A DNA stretch of 64,000 bases from Eledone cirrhosa (Eukaryota). Made by a program: the position numbers and the translations under genes. Below the pieces are notes generated by a model, which saw only the letters and a program-made list of their open reading frames with translations, searched no databases and was not told where the DNA came from. Of this stretch, positions 1-12,444 are shown one piece after another (position 1 is the first letter of the stretch; every line of letters starts with the position of its first letter). The stretch lies in contig OZ024741.1 of assembly GCA_964016885.1 (NCBI GenBank), forward strand, positions 288,362,001-288,426,000, given 5' to 3'.

Positions 1-307
1 TATACACAACTTGAGACACATACATACTGCCAAATGAACATAGTTAGACACATTATATATATCTAATATATATTTGTGAAATGGGTGGTGGTGGAAATTC
101 AGATGTGCACGGTTAAATGGTAGTAGACGCGGTCGGACTGACATGAAAATTTACACACCTATGTAAAAAGTGCCAAGGAAGCAAATAGACGAGGTTTCAA
201 ATCTCTAACTTGAAAAATGTGGTCTCTGGGGCCCCAAAACTATCGCGTTCGGTGAGTTATTTCCCCCTGTTCTAATACTTTTGTCTTATTTACAATTTCA
301 TACAAAT
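1..307. repeat. Near-identical direct copy of 1341-1647 (interspersed repeat, possibly part of a non-autonomous Helitron)
   Basis: Matches 1341-1647 at offset 1340 with few substitutions; the second copy continues toward a Helitron-type 3' end at 2189. Confidence 0.85.
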
Positions 308-310
308 AAA

Positions 311-356
311 GCAGTAAATAAAGGATTATGAGTTCATGCAATTGACTTATGTTTCG

Positions 357-360
<4 letters not shown>
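311..360 (+). mobile_element. Inserted copy of the 3' cleavage-product tail of the 11984-12039 hammerhead element
   Basis: 50/50 identity to the reverse complement of 11939-11988; both copies are followed by (TA)n. Confidence 0.8.
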
Positions 361-387
<27 letters not shown>

Positions 388-515
388 GATATGAAAACGC
401 TTTAATAAAAAAAAATATCAACTGTAATGTATGTATGCATGTATTTATGTGTTTATATGAGCGGAGATGTGCAAGTAAATCTTATTTTGTGAACAGCTTA
501 TCCTTAGCGTAATAT

Positions 516-703
516 TCATGCTAGAACAGCATATATTTGAAAATTTTCAGGGAGTTGAATTACTGATTTTGGATCGGCAGCTTTAGCTTTGAAAAAATGA
601 AATGTGCAGTGTAAACATTTTTTATTATTCCTCCGGGGATGAATCTTCTCTGCCTTTTTCCATCTCTTTCTTTCTCTCTGGAAGAAATCAGCCGTAGTAA
701 GAC
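516..703 (-). CDS. Candidate host-gene exon, product unknown
   Basis: Minus strand CTAAC branch point plus CATTTTTTTAG acceptor at 704-705; two frames open for 48-62 codons; unique sequence; no recognisable domain. Confidence 0.22.
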
Positions 704-827
704 CTAAAAAAATGGTTAGATACACCATGACGCACCGTGCATCACGGTGGAGTTAAAAAGCAGACTCAGAACATGGCGTTGTGTGGGGGTGGCTCGCAGC
801 CCAATGCTCCAGGGGGAGCAGAAGAAG

Positions 828-858
<31 letters not shown>

Positions 859-867
859 TATTTCGAG

Positions 868-1046
868 AAACGTTGCAACCGTACGAAAACAGGAAGACGA
901 TATTTTGGTTCGTTGAGACGTTCCCTGGCAATGAACGGGAAAAAAGCGAGGATAATACATCGTTATGTGGTGCGTAAAGAACAATTTCATGCAAAGACAA
1001 GACCAAGTTTATGGTATAAATGGCGTCGTTAGACTAATATTCTATT
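868..1046 (-). mobile_element. Diverged fragment of the Naiad-like PLE 3' non-coding region
   Basis: Similar to 35498-35676 and to the reverse complement of 31283-31460. Confidence 0.7.
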
Positions 1047-2158
1047 TAAAATAACAGAATGATTTCCAGCCCCGGAGTTTAAGAATGATGTAAATAAAAT
1101 TGAAAACGAAAATGACAGAGGTTATTAAAATAGTAAAAGTAAATAGTGAAGATTTAGGCTAGTACATACGTATGCCCCGACGGACATACACATACATACG
1201 CACACACATATACATACCCCCCCCCCCCGCACACACACATACAAACACACTGCACACCTGTATAGAGAAAACACGAATGAAAGGAGATACACATTATCAG
1301 AGACAAATAGAAATTTGAGGAACTCACAGATAAACTTCAATATACACAACTTGAGACACATACATACTGCTAAATGAACATAGTTAGACACATTATATAT
1401 ATCTAATATATATTTGTGAAATGGGTGGTGGTTGAAATTCAGATGTGCACGGTTAAATGGTAGTAGACGCGGTCGGACTGACATGAAAATTTACACACCT
1501 ATGTAAAAAGTGCCAAGGAAGCAAATAGACGAGGTTTCAAATCTCTAACTTGAAAAATGTGGTCCCTGGGGCCCCAAAGCTATCGCGTTCGGTGAGTTAT
1601 TTCCCCCTGTTCTAATACTTTTGTTTTATTTACAATTTCATACAAATTTTTAAATTCATCAACGTTCTTTCGCTGTTAACATACAAATAATTTGAAAAAT
1701 ATTATTGAAAGTTTATTATAAAGAAGCAGTTTCAGGAAAAAGTGTAAACTATCATACAAACCTTCATAATATGCATTTTTAAACTTGCATATCATCAACA
1801 TTGCTATTTCGCTGTTAATAAACTATCATCCTTCTACATTTAACGATCATACAGTACCGTTTTATGAAATCGATTCTGCAGTACGGTCACTGTTTTCCAT
1901 CAAAAGAAATAAAACCCTTAAATTGCGAAGAAGGGACGCGTGTTTTTATTTTAATTCTAATACATGTTAACCACCACTAACAATAAGTAGTATTTTTCAA
2001 ATTGCATATCATCGACATTGCTATTTCGCTGTTAATAAACAACGCTTTTCACGTCGCTCCACTTCTCATTGTACGCCATCCAGCCCGAAGTGCATATTTC
2101 TATTTTTTTATAATAAACTTTCAATAATATTTTTCAAATTATTAACTTAATAAAAAGT

Positions 2159-2188
2159 GGCCCCGGGTGCAACCGGGCTCAGCTGCTA

Positions 2189-2189
<1 letters not shown>
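2159..2189 (+). mobile_element. Helitron-type 3' terminus
   Basis: GC-rich hairpin CCCGG-GTGCAA-CCGGG followed 8 nt later by CTAG then T; left boundary of the element not determined. Confidence 0.65.
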
Positions 2190-2251
<62 letters not shown>

Positions 2252-2391
2252 TGGTTACACAACAGTTAGTTCACCATACCGAGGACAATTGTTTCACCTT
2301 AGCGGATCCTTAGTGTAACCACTTCTACCTAACTCGTCCCATGGACTGAGTGATCTACCACTACGGATATTATCTTCCAGTGTTCTACCAC

Positions 2392-2498
<107 letters not shown>

Positions 2499-2620
2499 CA
2501 CATGCACACCCATATATACGTAGATACATACACATACTCACATACGTCTATCTATCTATCTCTCTCTCTATATATATATATATGGATGCATGTGTGTGTA
2601 TATATGTATGTATATGTATG

Positions 2621-2682
<62 letters not shown>

Positions 2683-3046
2683 TGTATATGTGTATGTACA
2701 TATGCATTATGTATTATGTATACATGTAACTATGTATATATGTATGTATTATGTATGTATGTATGTATGTATGTATGTATGTATGTATGTATGTATGTAT
2801 GTATGTATGTATGTATGTGTGTATGTATGAATGTATATATGTATATATGTATTATGTATGTATATATGTATGAATGTATATATGTCTATATATATGTAAT
2901 TATGTATGTATGTAGATATACGCATTATCGGGTTTCCAAATAAACAAACGTATTTTGTATTTGTATTGTATTCATCTTTGTGTATGTATACATTTGAATG
3001 TATGTATGTGAGTGTGTATAGGTATATATGTATGTATATATGTATG

Positions 3047-3797
3047 TTATCTCTTTCTCTTAATTTCGAGTATATTTTTTTTACCGGCCACCTTCCTGGT
3101 GGCAAGGTTGTAAAAGAAAAGAAATTGTCATCCCTTGAATCGGAAGAATGTTTTGCAAATTTTGAAGGTACCAGCTATCGCAGCCATTTGTAGACTATGA
3201 ATTAGGGAGCTGCGCGCTTTGTCCGCAAATCCAAGTTCAGCTATACATTGGTCCAAGCGGGTTGGTATATAACCCGTAGCTCCAATAATGATGGGTATGA
3301 AGCTAAAGGCGTATCTTGGATACTGGATGTGTAAACTCCTCATCAATGGTCTGTAGATGTCCTCCTTCTCCTGTATTTTTCTGACAACGTTTACACAAGT
3401 GGGCAGCTGATCTCTACAACAGAACACGTTTTCAATGTGTGGTCCCAAACAACAATATCAGGCAGGTTGTGCTTTAATTTGGTGGCAGTTTTTATTTTCA
3501 GGTTCCACCAGTATTCCTTAGTGCCATCTGTCTCAATATATTCTTCCTCGTTTGTTGTTAATTTTGTTTTCCGAAGTGCGTTCCAGATGGTTCTAGCTAT
3601 CCCATCGTGTCTCATGGGGAGGTAGTAGCGAGATGACATTCTTTCGCAGTTGGCAACAATGTGGCTTACATCCTCGATCTTTGTTTTACATAGCCTACAT
3701 TTATCGTCAGCTGCTGGCCCTCCTCTTTTGTGCAGCAGATATTTGGTAGGGAGTTCTTGTTCCTGTATTGCATAGAGATATCCCTCAAGGTGTGATG
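3047..3797 (-). mobile_element. 5'-truncated R4/Dong-clade non-LTR retrotransposon (CCHC knuckle plus restriction-like endonuclease)
   Basis: ORFs 3391-3972 and 3128-3448 give AIQEQEL, CRLC...H....C, RHD, LPDIVVWD, EISCP, IIIGATG; frameshifted; flanked by (ACAT)n. Confidence 0.88.
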
Positions 3798-3857
3798 TAT
3801 GTATGTATGTATGTATGTATGTATGTATGTATGTATGTATGTATGTATGTATGTATG

Positions 3858-3888
<31 letters not shown>

Positions 3889-4140
3889 GCATGTGCGCGC
3901 GTATGTTTGTGTGCGTGGGTGTATGTATGTATGTATGTATGTATGTATGTATGTATGTATGTATGTATGCATATGTGTGTGTGTGTGTATGTAAAAAGTG
4001 TGTGTGTATGTATGTATGTATGTATGTATGTATGTATACTGGTAGATATAACCTCGGAATGCTGATATTTCTTGTTAGATTAGATCGATAGGTGGTATGT
4101 TTTGACTAGAGATCGATTTTATTGCTAATGGATTGAGCTG

Positions 4141-4150
4141 ATGGTGATGG

Positions 4151-4186
<36 letters not shown>

Positions 4187-4759
4187 CAACGTCGACGACG
4201 ACGATGATGATGACAACGATGATGATGATGATGATGATGGTCATGGGTATAATTGTGATGATGATGATGATGACGACGACGACGATGATCATGATCATCA
4301 TCATCATGGGAATAATTGCAATGATGGTGATGATGATGATGAAGAAGATTGTTGTTGTTTAGTCACATGTCAGCCTTAATCAAACTCCCCTATTATTAAA
4401 ACATTCCAAACGTGACCATTCCATCTGTTTTATACGTGTAGGGAACTATACAACGCGTATTTATGTTAGGAAGGTAAGGTAGGTTTTGAAGGAAATTTGG
4501 CTGCTATTTTTAGCAGGTCGAGCAGACACATGGAGCCTCTCATTTTGACACATTAATGATGGTGGATTGGCAGTATCCGTAGAGGGTCGGAAGCCATGCT
4601 TTACAACATAGAGTTACGGCCCTTTACGACCTGAGTTCGAATCCCGCCGAGGTTGACTTTGCCTTTCATCCTTACGGGGTCGATAAAACAAAGTACCAGT
4701 AATGCACTGGGTAATTGCTGGCCTTGTGCCTAAAGTAGAAACAATTAATGACAAAGATA

Positions 4760-4794
<35 letters not shown>

Positions 4795-5460
4795 AGGAAT
4801 GGTAGATTACACTGGTAGGGCTGGTGATGGTTGTAACGGGAATAGTAGTGGTTTTGGTGGGAGTATGGTGGTGTTGATGGTTGTGATGATGGTGGTGATG
4901 GTGGTAACGATGATGGTGGTAGTAGTTGTGGTGACGGTAGTGGTGGTGATGATAGTGGTGTTGATGGTGGTGTTGGTAGTGGTGGTGTTGGAGGTGATGG
5001 TAGTGATAGTGATGGCGGTGGAGGTGATGGGTTGGTGGTGTTGATGGTCGTGATGATAGTGATGGTGGTAGTGATAGTGGTGGTGGTGGTAATGGACGTG
5101 AAGGTTTGGTTCGTGGTCGTAACGATGATGGTGGTGGTAATTGTGGTGATGATAATGGTGTTGATGGTGGTAATAGTGATGGTGGTGGTGGTGGTAGTGG
5201 TGGTGGTGGTGTTGGTGGTGATGGTAGTGATAGTGATGGCGGTGATGGTGGTGGTGGTGGTGGTGGTGGTGATGGTGTTGATGATGATGGTCATGATGAT
5301 GGTGTGGTAGTTGTAGCGGTGGTGTCACTGTGGATGGAACAATTTTACCGTGGTGGCTGTAGTAGTATAGTGTCATTAGTGACTTCATTAATGGTAGAGC
5401 AACAGTTGTAGTAGCGGTGGCATAACAGTGTGGTAGTGGTAAGAGTAGTATTATGTCGGT
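4141..5460. repeat. (GAT)n/(GGT)n low-complexity tracts interrupted by SINEs
   Basis: Direct inspection. Confidence 0.9.
4559..4747 (+). mobile_element. tRNA-derived SINE, family A
   Basis: A box TGGCAGTATCCGTAGAG, B box GAGTTCGAATCCC, core GCCTTTCATCCTTACGGGGTCGATAAA; more than 15 copies in the window. Confidence 0.85.
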
Positions 5461-5611
5461 GGGAACATTGCGAATATGTTGACCGTTGTAGTGGTAGCAG
5501 TAGTTTCCCCTGTCTTTTCTCACTTTGTGCTTTCTACCACTGCTAGAGTGGTATATGCTCAACAGACTGGATAGTTTCATGTCACCACTACCCTGTACCC
5601 CCAACACTGCT

Positions 5612-6830
5612 CCTCTTATCATCAATATTGTGTTGATAACTGAGCCCCACTCTAGCTACAAGAACCAGGACACCCTCTTATCATCAATATTGTGTTGATA
5701 ACTTAGCCCCACTCTAGCTACAAGAACCAGGACATCCCCTTATCATCAATATTGTGTTGATAACTGAGCCCCATTCTAGCTACAAGAACCGGGACACCCT
5801 CTTATCATCAATATTGTGTTGATAACTGAGCCCCACTCTAGCCACAAAAACCAGGACATCCTCTTATCAACAATATTGTGTTGACAACTAATCCCCACTC
5901 TAGCCACAAAAACCAGGACATCCTCTTATCAACAATATTGTGTTGATAACTTAGCCCCACTCTAGCCACAAAAACCAGGACATCCTCTTATCAACAATAT
6001 TGTGTTGATAACTTAGCCCCACTCTAGCCACAAAAACCAGGACATCCTCTTATCAACAATATTGTGTTGATAACTTAGCCCCACTCTAGCCACAAAAACC
6101 AGGACATCCTCTTATCAACAATATTGTGTTGATAACTGATCCCCACTCTAGCCACAAGAACCAGGACACCCTCTTATCATCAATATTGTGTTGATAACTT
6201 AGCCCCACTCTAGCCACAAGAACCAGGACATCCTCTTATCAACAATATTGTGTTGATAACTTAGGCCCACTCTAGCTACAAGAACCAGGACATCCTCTTA
6301 TCAACAATATTGTGTTGATAACTGATCCCCACTCTAGCCACAAGAACCAGGACATCTCTTATCATCAATATTGTGTTGATAACTAATCCCCACTCTAGCT
6401 ACAAGAACCAGGACATCTCTTATCATCAATATTGTGTTGATAACTAATCCCCACTCTAGCCACAAAAACCAGGACATCCTCTTATCAACAATATTGTGTT
6501 GATAACTTAGCCCCACTCTAGCCACAAAAACCAGGACATCCTCTTATCAACAATATTGTGTTGATAACTAATCCCCACTCTAGCTACAAGAACCAGGACA
6601 TCCTCTTATCATCAATATTGTGTTGATAACTGAGCCCCACTCTAGCCACAAGAACCAGGACACCCTCTTATCATCAATATTGTGTTGATAACTGAGCCCC
6701 ACTCTAGCCACAAGAACCAGGACATCATTGTGTTGATAACTGGGCCCCAAACGAGATACTAGGCCCAGTACATCCTCTTATCAACAATGTTGTATTTATG
6801 ACTGATACCCACATGAGACACTAGGCCCAC
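5612..6830. repeat. 62-bp minisatellite, about 18 units plus a degenerate end
   Basis: Unit CCTCTTATCAACAATATTGTGTTGATAACTTAGCCCCACTCTAGCCACAAAAACCAGGACAT; internal inverted repeat TTATCAACA/TGTTGATAA. Confidence 0.95.
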
Positions 6831-6942
6831 TTTATTCTCTTCAGAGAGTCAGCATTCTGGAACTCCTTCTTCATCCATATATTTTCCTGAAGCTGTTGTA
6901 CAGGAACCGTAAACAAATCCTGCAGGTTGGTCTCCGAGGACT
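6831..6942 (-). CDS. Candidate host-gene exon, product unknown
   Basis: Pyrimidine-rich acceptor TTTTCAAG and donor AA|GTGGGC; open frame SSETNLQDLFTVPVQQLQENIWMKKEFQNADSLKRI; unique sequence. Confidence 0.3.
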
Positions 6943-7388
6943 CTTGAAAAGCATGCATACAGAAAAAAACCATTAATAATAAAAAAAATAATCAATTTGT
7001 GCATCCTGATTTTATCCTTGTAGCAATGAGAAAGTAAGTGAGAGAGAGAGGACCAAGGGAGAGAGAGATGGGGAGAGAGCGAGCGAGGGAGATTTAACTC
7101 TATTTCTCTATTTCATTAATGTCACACTTTATCTGTAGATTAAATATAATTAACTTAACAGCACAGTATATTAAAAAAAAAAAGTAAAAAAAAGTAAACA
7201 ACAAAAACAATGTCAACTATTCCAAGTATTGTTTCGGTAGCTTAGCAATTATTCCCCTTGAAATATCAGCACGAAAATTATTTCCCCTGACAATGTTATA
7301 TTAGTTACCTCCCTTGCAATTAATTTTGATTTTATTTCTCATTCTTGAGTTTTGAGTTAAGGTTGAATTGTAATCATGTGTGTGTGTT

Positions 7389-7463
<75 letters not shown>

Positions 7464-7551
7464 CGAAGGAAAGGTGGTAAGGAACCAGGTGGACCAAAAC
7501 GCACCAAAGTACTCAATACTTGGGGTAGTAGAGTGGGTAATATATGGAATT

Positions 7552-7645
7552 ACCCCTTGAGAAGATCGGTTATTTAAATACCTGGATAAATTTTCATTTA
7601 GTCCAGAATTAGCCGTCGAAACGGCTTGAGCTCAGCCGTCGGGGT
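7552..7645 (+). ncRNA. Type I hammerhead ribozyme, U3-A8 core variant
   Basis: ACCCC TTGAGAA [long stem II GATCGGTTA...TAGCCGTC] GAAA CGGCT tgagctc AGCCG TC GGGGT. Confidence 0.75.
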
Positions 7646-7695
7646 CTTACTGGTTCATATATATATATATATACCAACACACATATATATATATA

Positions 7696-7819
7696 TAACG
7701 AAGGAATTGTGGTAAGGAACCAGATGGACCATAACGCACCAGAGTACTCAATACTTAGGGTAGTAGAGTGGATAATAGGAGAAAGTATGACCCCGACTGC
7801 CGTCAGGGTCATACTTTCT

Positions 7820-7825
<6 letters not shown>
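7696..7825 (-). mobile_element. Tail of the 7552 HHR family with a terminal fold-back
   Basis: Repeats 7461-7545; hairpin ATAGGAGAAAGTATGACCC...GGGTCATACTTTCTCCTAT. Confidence 0.7.
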
Positions 7826-7868
<43 letters not shown>

Positions 7869-8312
7869 ATACAAAGAAAATCTAGCAGTTTGAATATGGT
7901 AAATGGGAAGAAAAACTTTAATTAACCGATACTCGTAATTTGAAGACCTACGGTTATTGCGATATACAGTGGCAGACTGGCCACGTTGCCAGGTTGCCCA
8001 ATGGCAAGTGGGATCCAGGAGGTCCGCGCTTGCATTGCAGGGGCCCACAGTAGCATTGCAGGTCCCACTGTAGTATTTTAGGGGCCAATGGCTTTGGTTA
8101 AAAAAAATACCTGAAGTAAAAAAAAATAAAAAATAAAAAATAAAAGTAAAACATTTGGTCAACCAATTTCCCAGGGAATTAATAGAAACCAAAATATATG
8201 ATAGTGCAAATAGCTGGAATCAGTGGTTGTACATTCTACAAAATCTAAAGCCTAGAGTATTCATTCATGCAGGCAAACATATACATATAGACACACACAC
8301 ACACACACAAGA

Positions 8313-8340
<28 letters not shown>

Positions 8341-8343
<3 letters not shown>

Positions 8344-9640
8344 AATGAGATACCTGACAGAATAGAAAAAAGCTTCATCACCGAGGGATTAAAATTCATC
8401 TTACGGAACAACTTGTTTGATTTCGATGGCAATACTTACAAGCAAATATCGGGGACTGCGATGGGTACAAAAGCCGCTCCAACTTATGCCAACTTAGGCA
8501 TACTTAGAAGTCCAGATATATCAACAGTCCAAATCAAAATACGGATTGAACTTCCACAAATATTTATCAGAGAATTGGAAACGCTACTTGGATGATTGTC
8601 TCATTCTTTGGTCCCACACACTCGACCAACTGAAGGATTTCAAAAACTTAATAAACGGCATCAATAACCACATCCAATTCACAATGGAATACAGCCAAGA
8701 TCAACTCCCATTTCTGGACATATTAATCTTAAAAAAAGACACAAATATTGAAACTAACATACACTACAAACCAACAGATTCCAAACAATACCTGCTATTC
8801 ACCTCCAACCATCCAAAGCACACGAAGACGAACTTTCGTTTTAACCTAGCAAGAAGAATTTGCACAATTGTCTCCAATTATGAAACGCGAAATAAAAGAC
8901 TTCAAGAATTACATGAAATTCTATTCGAAAGAGAGTACCCTCTATTACTAATAAATAATGTAATAGAAAGGGCTAAAGCAATAGGCATTGATGAATTACG
9001 AAAACAGAAACAAATTCAAGGTACGTCCAATATTCTATCATATATCTCAACACACAACCCAAGAAATGCGGAAACTTACAACACTATTCACAAGAACATC
9101 CCACTACTAAAACAAAACCCAAGAATGAAAAAAAGCCCTTGAAACACACAAAATAATCAAAAGCAAAAGACAACCGAAATCACTGAAAACATTACTCACC
9201 AATGCCAAATTACCTACCACAAACCCACAACCAAGTATCAAAAAATGTGGTCGCTCTAATTGTGGAACCTGCACTCACCTCATTGAAGGCAACACGTATA
9301 CATTTAAATCAGGACAAAATTTTACTGTAAAAAATCACTTCACTTGCTCATCAAAAATCTAATTTATGCCATTAAATGTAAAGGATGCAATGAAGATTAT
9401 ATAGGACAAACTAAACTCACACTCAGAAACAGAATGACAGTTCATCGCCAACAATTACGAGATCCAACCACGAGACATATACCACTAAGCGCACATCTAG
9501 ACATATGCGCAAGTAATAAGACACCCAACTTCCAAGTCTTCCCATTTTACCTTTGCGCTAAAAATACAACAGAACAAATACGAATAAATAAGGAAAATAT
9601 GTTTATTCAAAAATATAGACCAGCATTAAATATGGTTTAA
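8341..9640 (+). pseudogene. PLE (Neptune-like) reverse transcriptase plus GIY-YIG endonuclease, 5'-truncated and frameshifted
   Basis: YKQISGTAMGTKAAPTYANL, WKRYLDD, HYKPTDS, SNHPKH, KCGRSNCGTC, NLIYAIKC..C...YIGQT, R...H, E..FI....P.LN; non-coding tail to about 10840. Confidence 0.92.
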
Positions 9641-10671
9641 TATACATTATGTCAACACCATAACATGCTAACCATCCAAACAGACACATACGCACACACA
9701 TAACACCTTCTACTTTAGAAAATAAAAACCCGAACTAAATAAACCTTAACATACGTTTGCACTGACAATACAACAGAACAAATACGAATAAGTAAGGAAA
9801 ATATGTTCATTCAAAAATATTCCTACTAAAGGAATCATTTTCCTACACACACGCACACACACAATATATATATTCTCTTCATCTTAACATGCTAACCATA
9901 CTCCCACACACATAGCACCCATACGCACACATAACAACCCCCACACCCACACCTCCCTCCCCCATTTCTACTAATAGAATCACTTTCCTACACACATATA
10001 TACACACACACAAAATATATATTCTCTCCATCTTAATATACTCCCACACACACACACATAACACCCATATACACACACACACAACTCCCTCCCCCATTTC
10101 TACTAATAGAATCATCTTCCAATACACACACACACACACACACGCACACAAATAAACATACATATCTTTACTTTCTTTATTCAATAGAAAATCTGAATTC
10201 TGACACCCCAGCGAACTAACCAAATTCACTGAACCAGAACAATTCTCCCATCCCATTTCTCTTGACCATTATCTTTTACTTATCATAAAATTCTCTAAAA
10301 AGGCTACAGAATGGATTTCCAAATAAGGGTGCGAAAATTTAATGAAAACTTGTTCACGTGACAGTCATAATTTCATTTATAACCAATCAAATTACGTTTA
10401 TTAAAAAAAAAAGCCTTCGTGAGCCCCCCCCCCCCTTTTTTAAGTAAAAAGAAATTCAAACACTCATATATGAAAAAACAACCTGTGACCCCCCCCCCCC
10501 TTGTTTGAAGAACTTTGTAACGCGAACTGGCGCGAAATTTATTATAATTATTGACAAACCAATCAAATTACTTCTCGAAAAACCTGGCATTTCGAGCCAC
10601 TTTTTCCATATAAAACAAGTAACATTCAGAGACCAACCAGATGTGAGAAAAACCACAGACCCTCAACTCTA

Positions 10672-10705
10672 CTTTTGAAAAGCAGAACTGCGAAACCGGT
10701 AAAGG
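10672..10705 (+). ncRNA. Minimal hammerhead ribozyme (U3-A8 variant) in the PLE 3' region
   Basis: CTT TTGAAAA GCAG aa CTGC GAAA CCGG TA AAG; stem I only 3 bp. Confidence 0.55.
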
Positions 10706-10835
10706 AACCAAATAAATATATATATTTTTAAAAAAATAAGACTCCAGTCGCATTTTCGATTTCATTTTTTTTTCTTTATACTTTCACTCGTGTAGGACAC
10801 CTCGGTTATTTTTCATTTTGTAAAAAAAACCTCAC

Positions 10836-10886
<51 letters not shown>

Positions 10887-11002
10887 CTTCCAAACGAACT
10901 ATATATATATATATTTATATACTTCCACACGAACTACTGACCAAATAATGTTTGGTATCAATGGGTTAGACATCTGTCAAATCAATTAGTGGTGAAGGTG
11001 GT

Positions 11003-11054
<52 letters not shown>

Positions 11055-11091
11055 GGATTCTGTCGATCGATTGGTTATTGATTAGGCGATA

Positions 11092-11201
11092 TCCGCTGAT
11101 GAAGCCGCATAAGCCGATTGTGCATTGTTGCATAATAAATGCAGATAGATGGTGCAGTGCACCTTACTGCTGCATTAGTGCGGCAGAAACTCGAGTCAGG
11201 G
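11092..11201 (+). ncRNA. Hammerhead ribozyme with a long stem II
   Basis: CTGATGA a GCCGCA...TGCGGC a GAAA CTCGAG TC AGGG; stem I TCCG/AGGG has a core-proximal mismatch. Confidence 0.65.
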
Positions 11202-11377
11202 AACCTTATAGGCACCCGTTTTACGTGTGTTGTGTTCAGGCAAATAACTATGTGTATACTCTGGTAATCTATCTTACATTCCCCATTGAGTGCATTGAAA
11301 TACAACCGGTCCTGGCATTGATAAATATGCTGGGTCCATCAACCCTTATTATATATATATATATATACATACATACA

Positions 11378-11412
<35 letters not shown>

Positions 11413-11678
11413 GTATATATGTATACAGTGTGAAAGAAAAAAGGTCATTATTGAAAGTCTCTGGATTTCGCGAAATACATAATATTTTTTATTGGAGAAG
11501 GTAAGATATTTTTCCACAAAAATTTGATTGTACTGTTTTGTTTCCATTTATGAATTTTTTGAAAATGTTATTTATTCATTATAAAAATTAAATGATAGTA
11601 TTCTATATGTAGATGGGTTCCCTTCATCTCCTGGAAACCAATATTTTTAGACCCAGTCCGCCACTGTATATATATATA

Positions 11679-11853
11679 GGATCGATCGACTTTCGTCAAA
11701 TCGGAATGAGGAAACAATGTTTTCGTCGGTCTTTCCAGTTGTTAATACTATCGGTCACAAATCCAGGTAGAAGGAGCAACGCGAAATAAAGTGTCTTGCT
11801 CAAGGACATAACGCATCGTGCGGTCCAGTTAGATTCAAACTTACAATGATTGG

Positions 11854-11858
<5 letters not shown>
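11679..11858 (-). mobile_element. tRNA-derived SINE, family B fragment
   Basis: Minus strand GTCCTTGAGCAAGACACTTTATTTC; similar to 45410-45617. Confidence 0.75.
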
Positions 11859-11942
<84 letters not shown>

Positions 11943-11983
11943 CGAAACATAAGTCAATTGCATGAACTCATAATCCTTTATTT

Positions 11984-12039
11984 ACTGCTATATATATTTC
12001 GATAATAGCCATTGAATGGCTATGACCTCATCAGGCAGT
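11984..12039 (-). ncRNA. Type I hammerhead ribozyme
   Basis: ACTGC CTGATGA ggtc ATAGCCAT tca ATGGCTAT tatc GAAA TATATA TA GCAGT. Confidence 0.88.
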
Positions 12040-12125
12040 TAGTCAGTTCTTAGATATGCCAGCTCTGTGTTTATGGTGTTGATTGTATCAGCTCTGTGTT
12101 TATGGTGTTTATGGTGTTTCATCAC

Positions 12126-12169
<44 letters not shown>

Positions 12170-12171
12170 TA

Positions 12172-12240
<69 letters not shown>

Positions 12241-12444
12241 CCAATCATTGTAAGTTTGAATCTAACTGACATGCAAAAGCATATATATATGAATAAGGTA
12301 AGCCCAGATCATAGTAGATTCAAATATCACAGAGAGAAAAAGAGAGGGGGGGGGGGTGGAGAAAGAAAGAGAGAGATGGAGGGGGAGAAATGAGGTGTAA
12401 CAGAAATGAAACATGGATTACAGGTTAAAATATGGTCTAGATAG

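Larger units (their letters stand above)
7967..11666. mobile_element. Non-autonomous TIR DNA transposon (copy 1) expanded by nested insertions
   Basis: Left end CAGTGGCAGACTGG, right end CCAGTCCGCCACTG; both subterminal regions recur at 13237-13340 and 15352-15591. Confidence 0.55.

Noticed and set aside
4559-4660. tRNA gene
   Set aside because: A and B boxes belong to a multi-copy SINE head; no cloverleaf
5612-6830. CRISPR array
   Set aside because: Units have palindromes but no unique spacers; no cas genes; eukaryotic context
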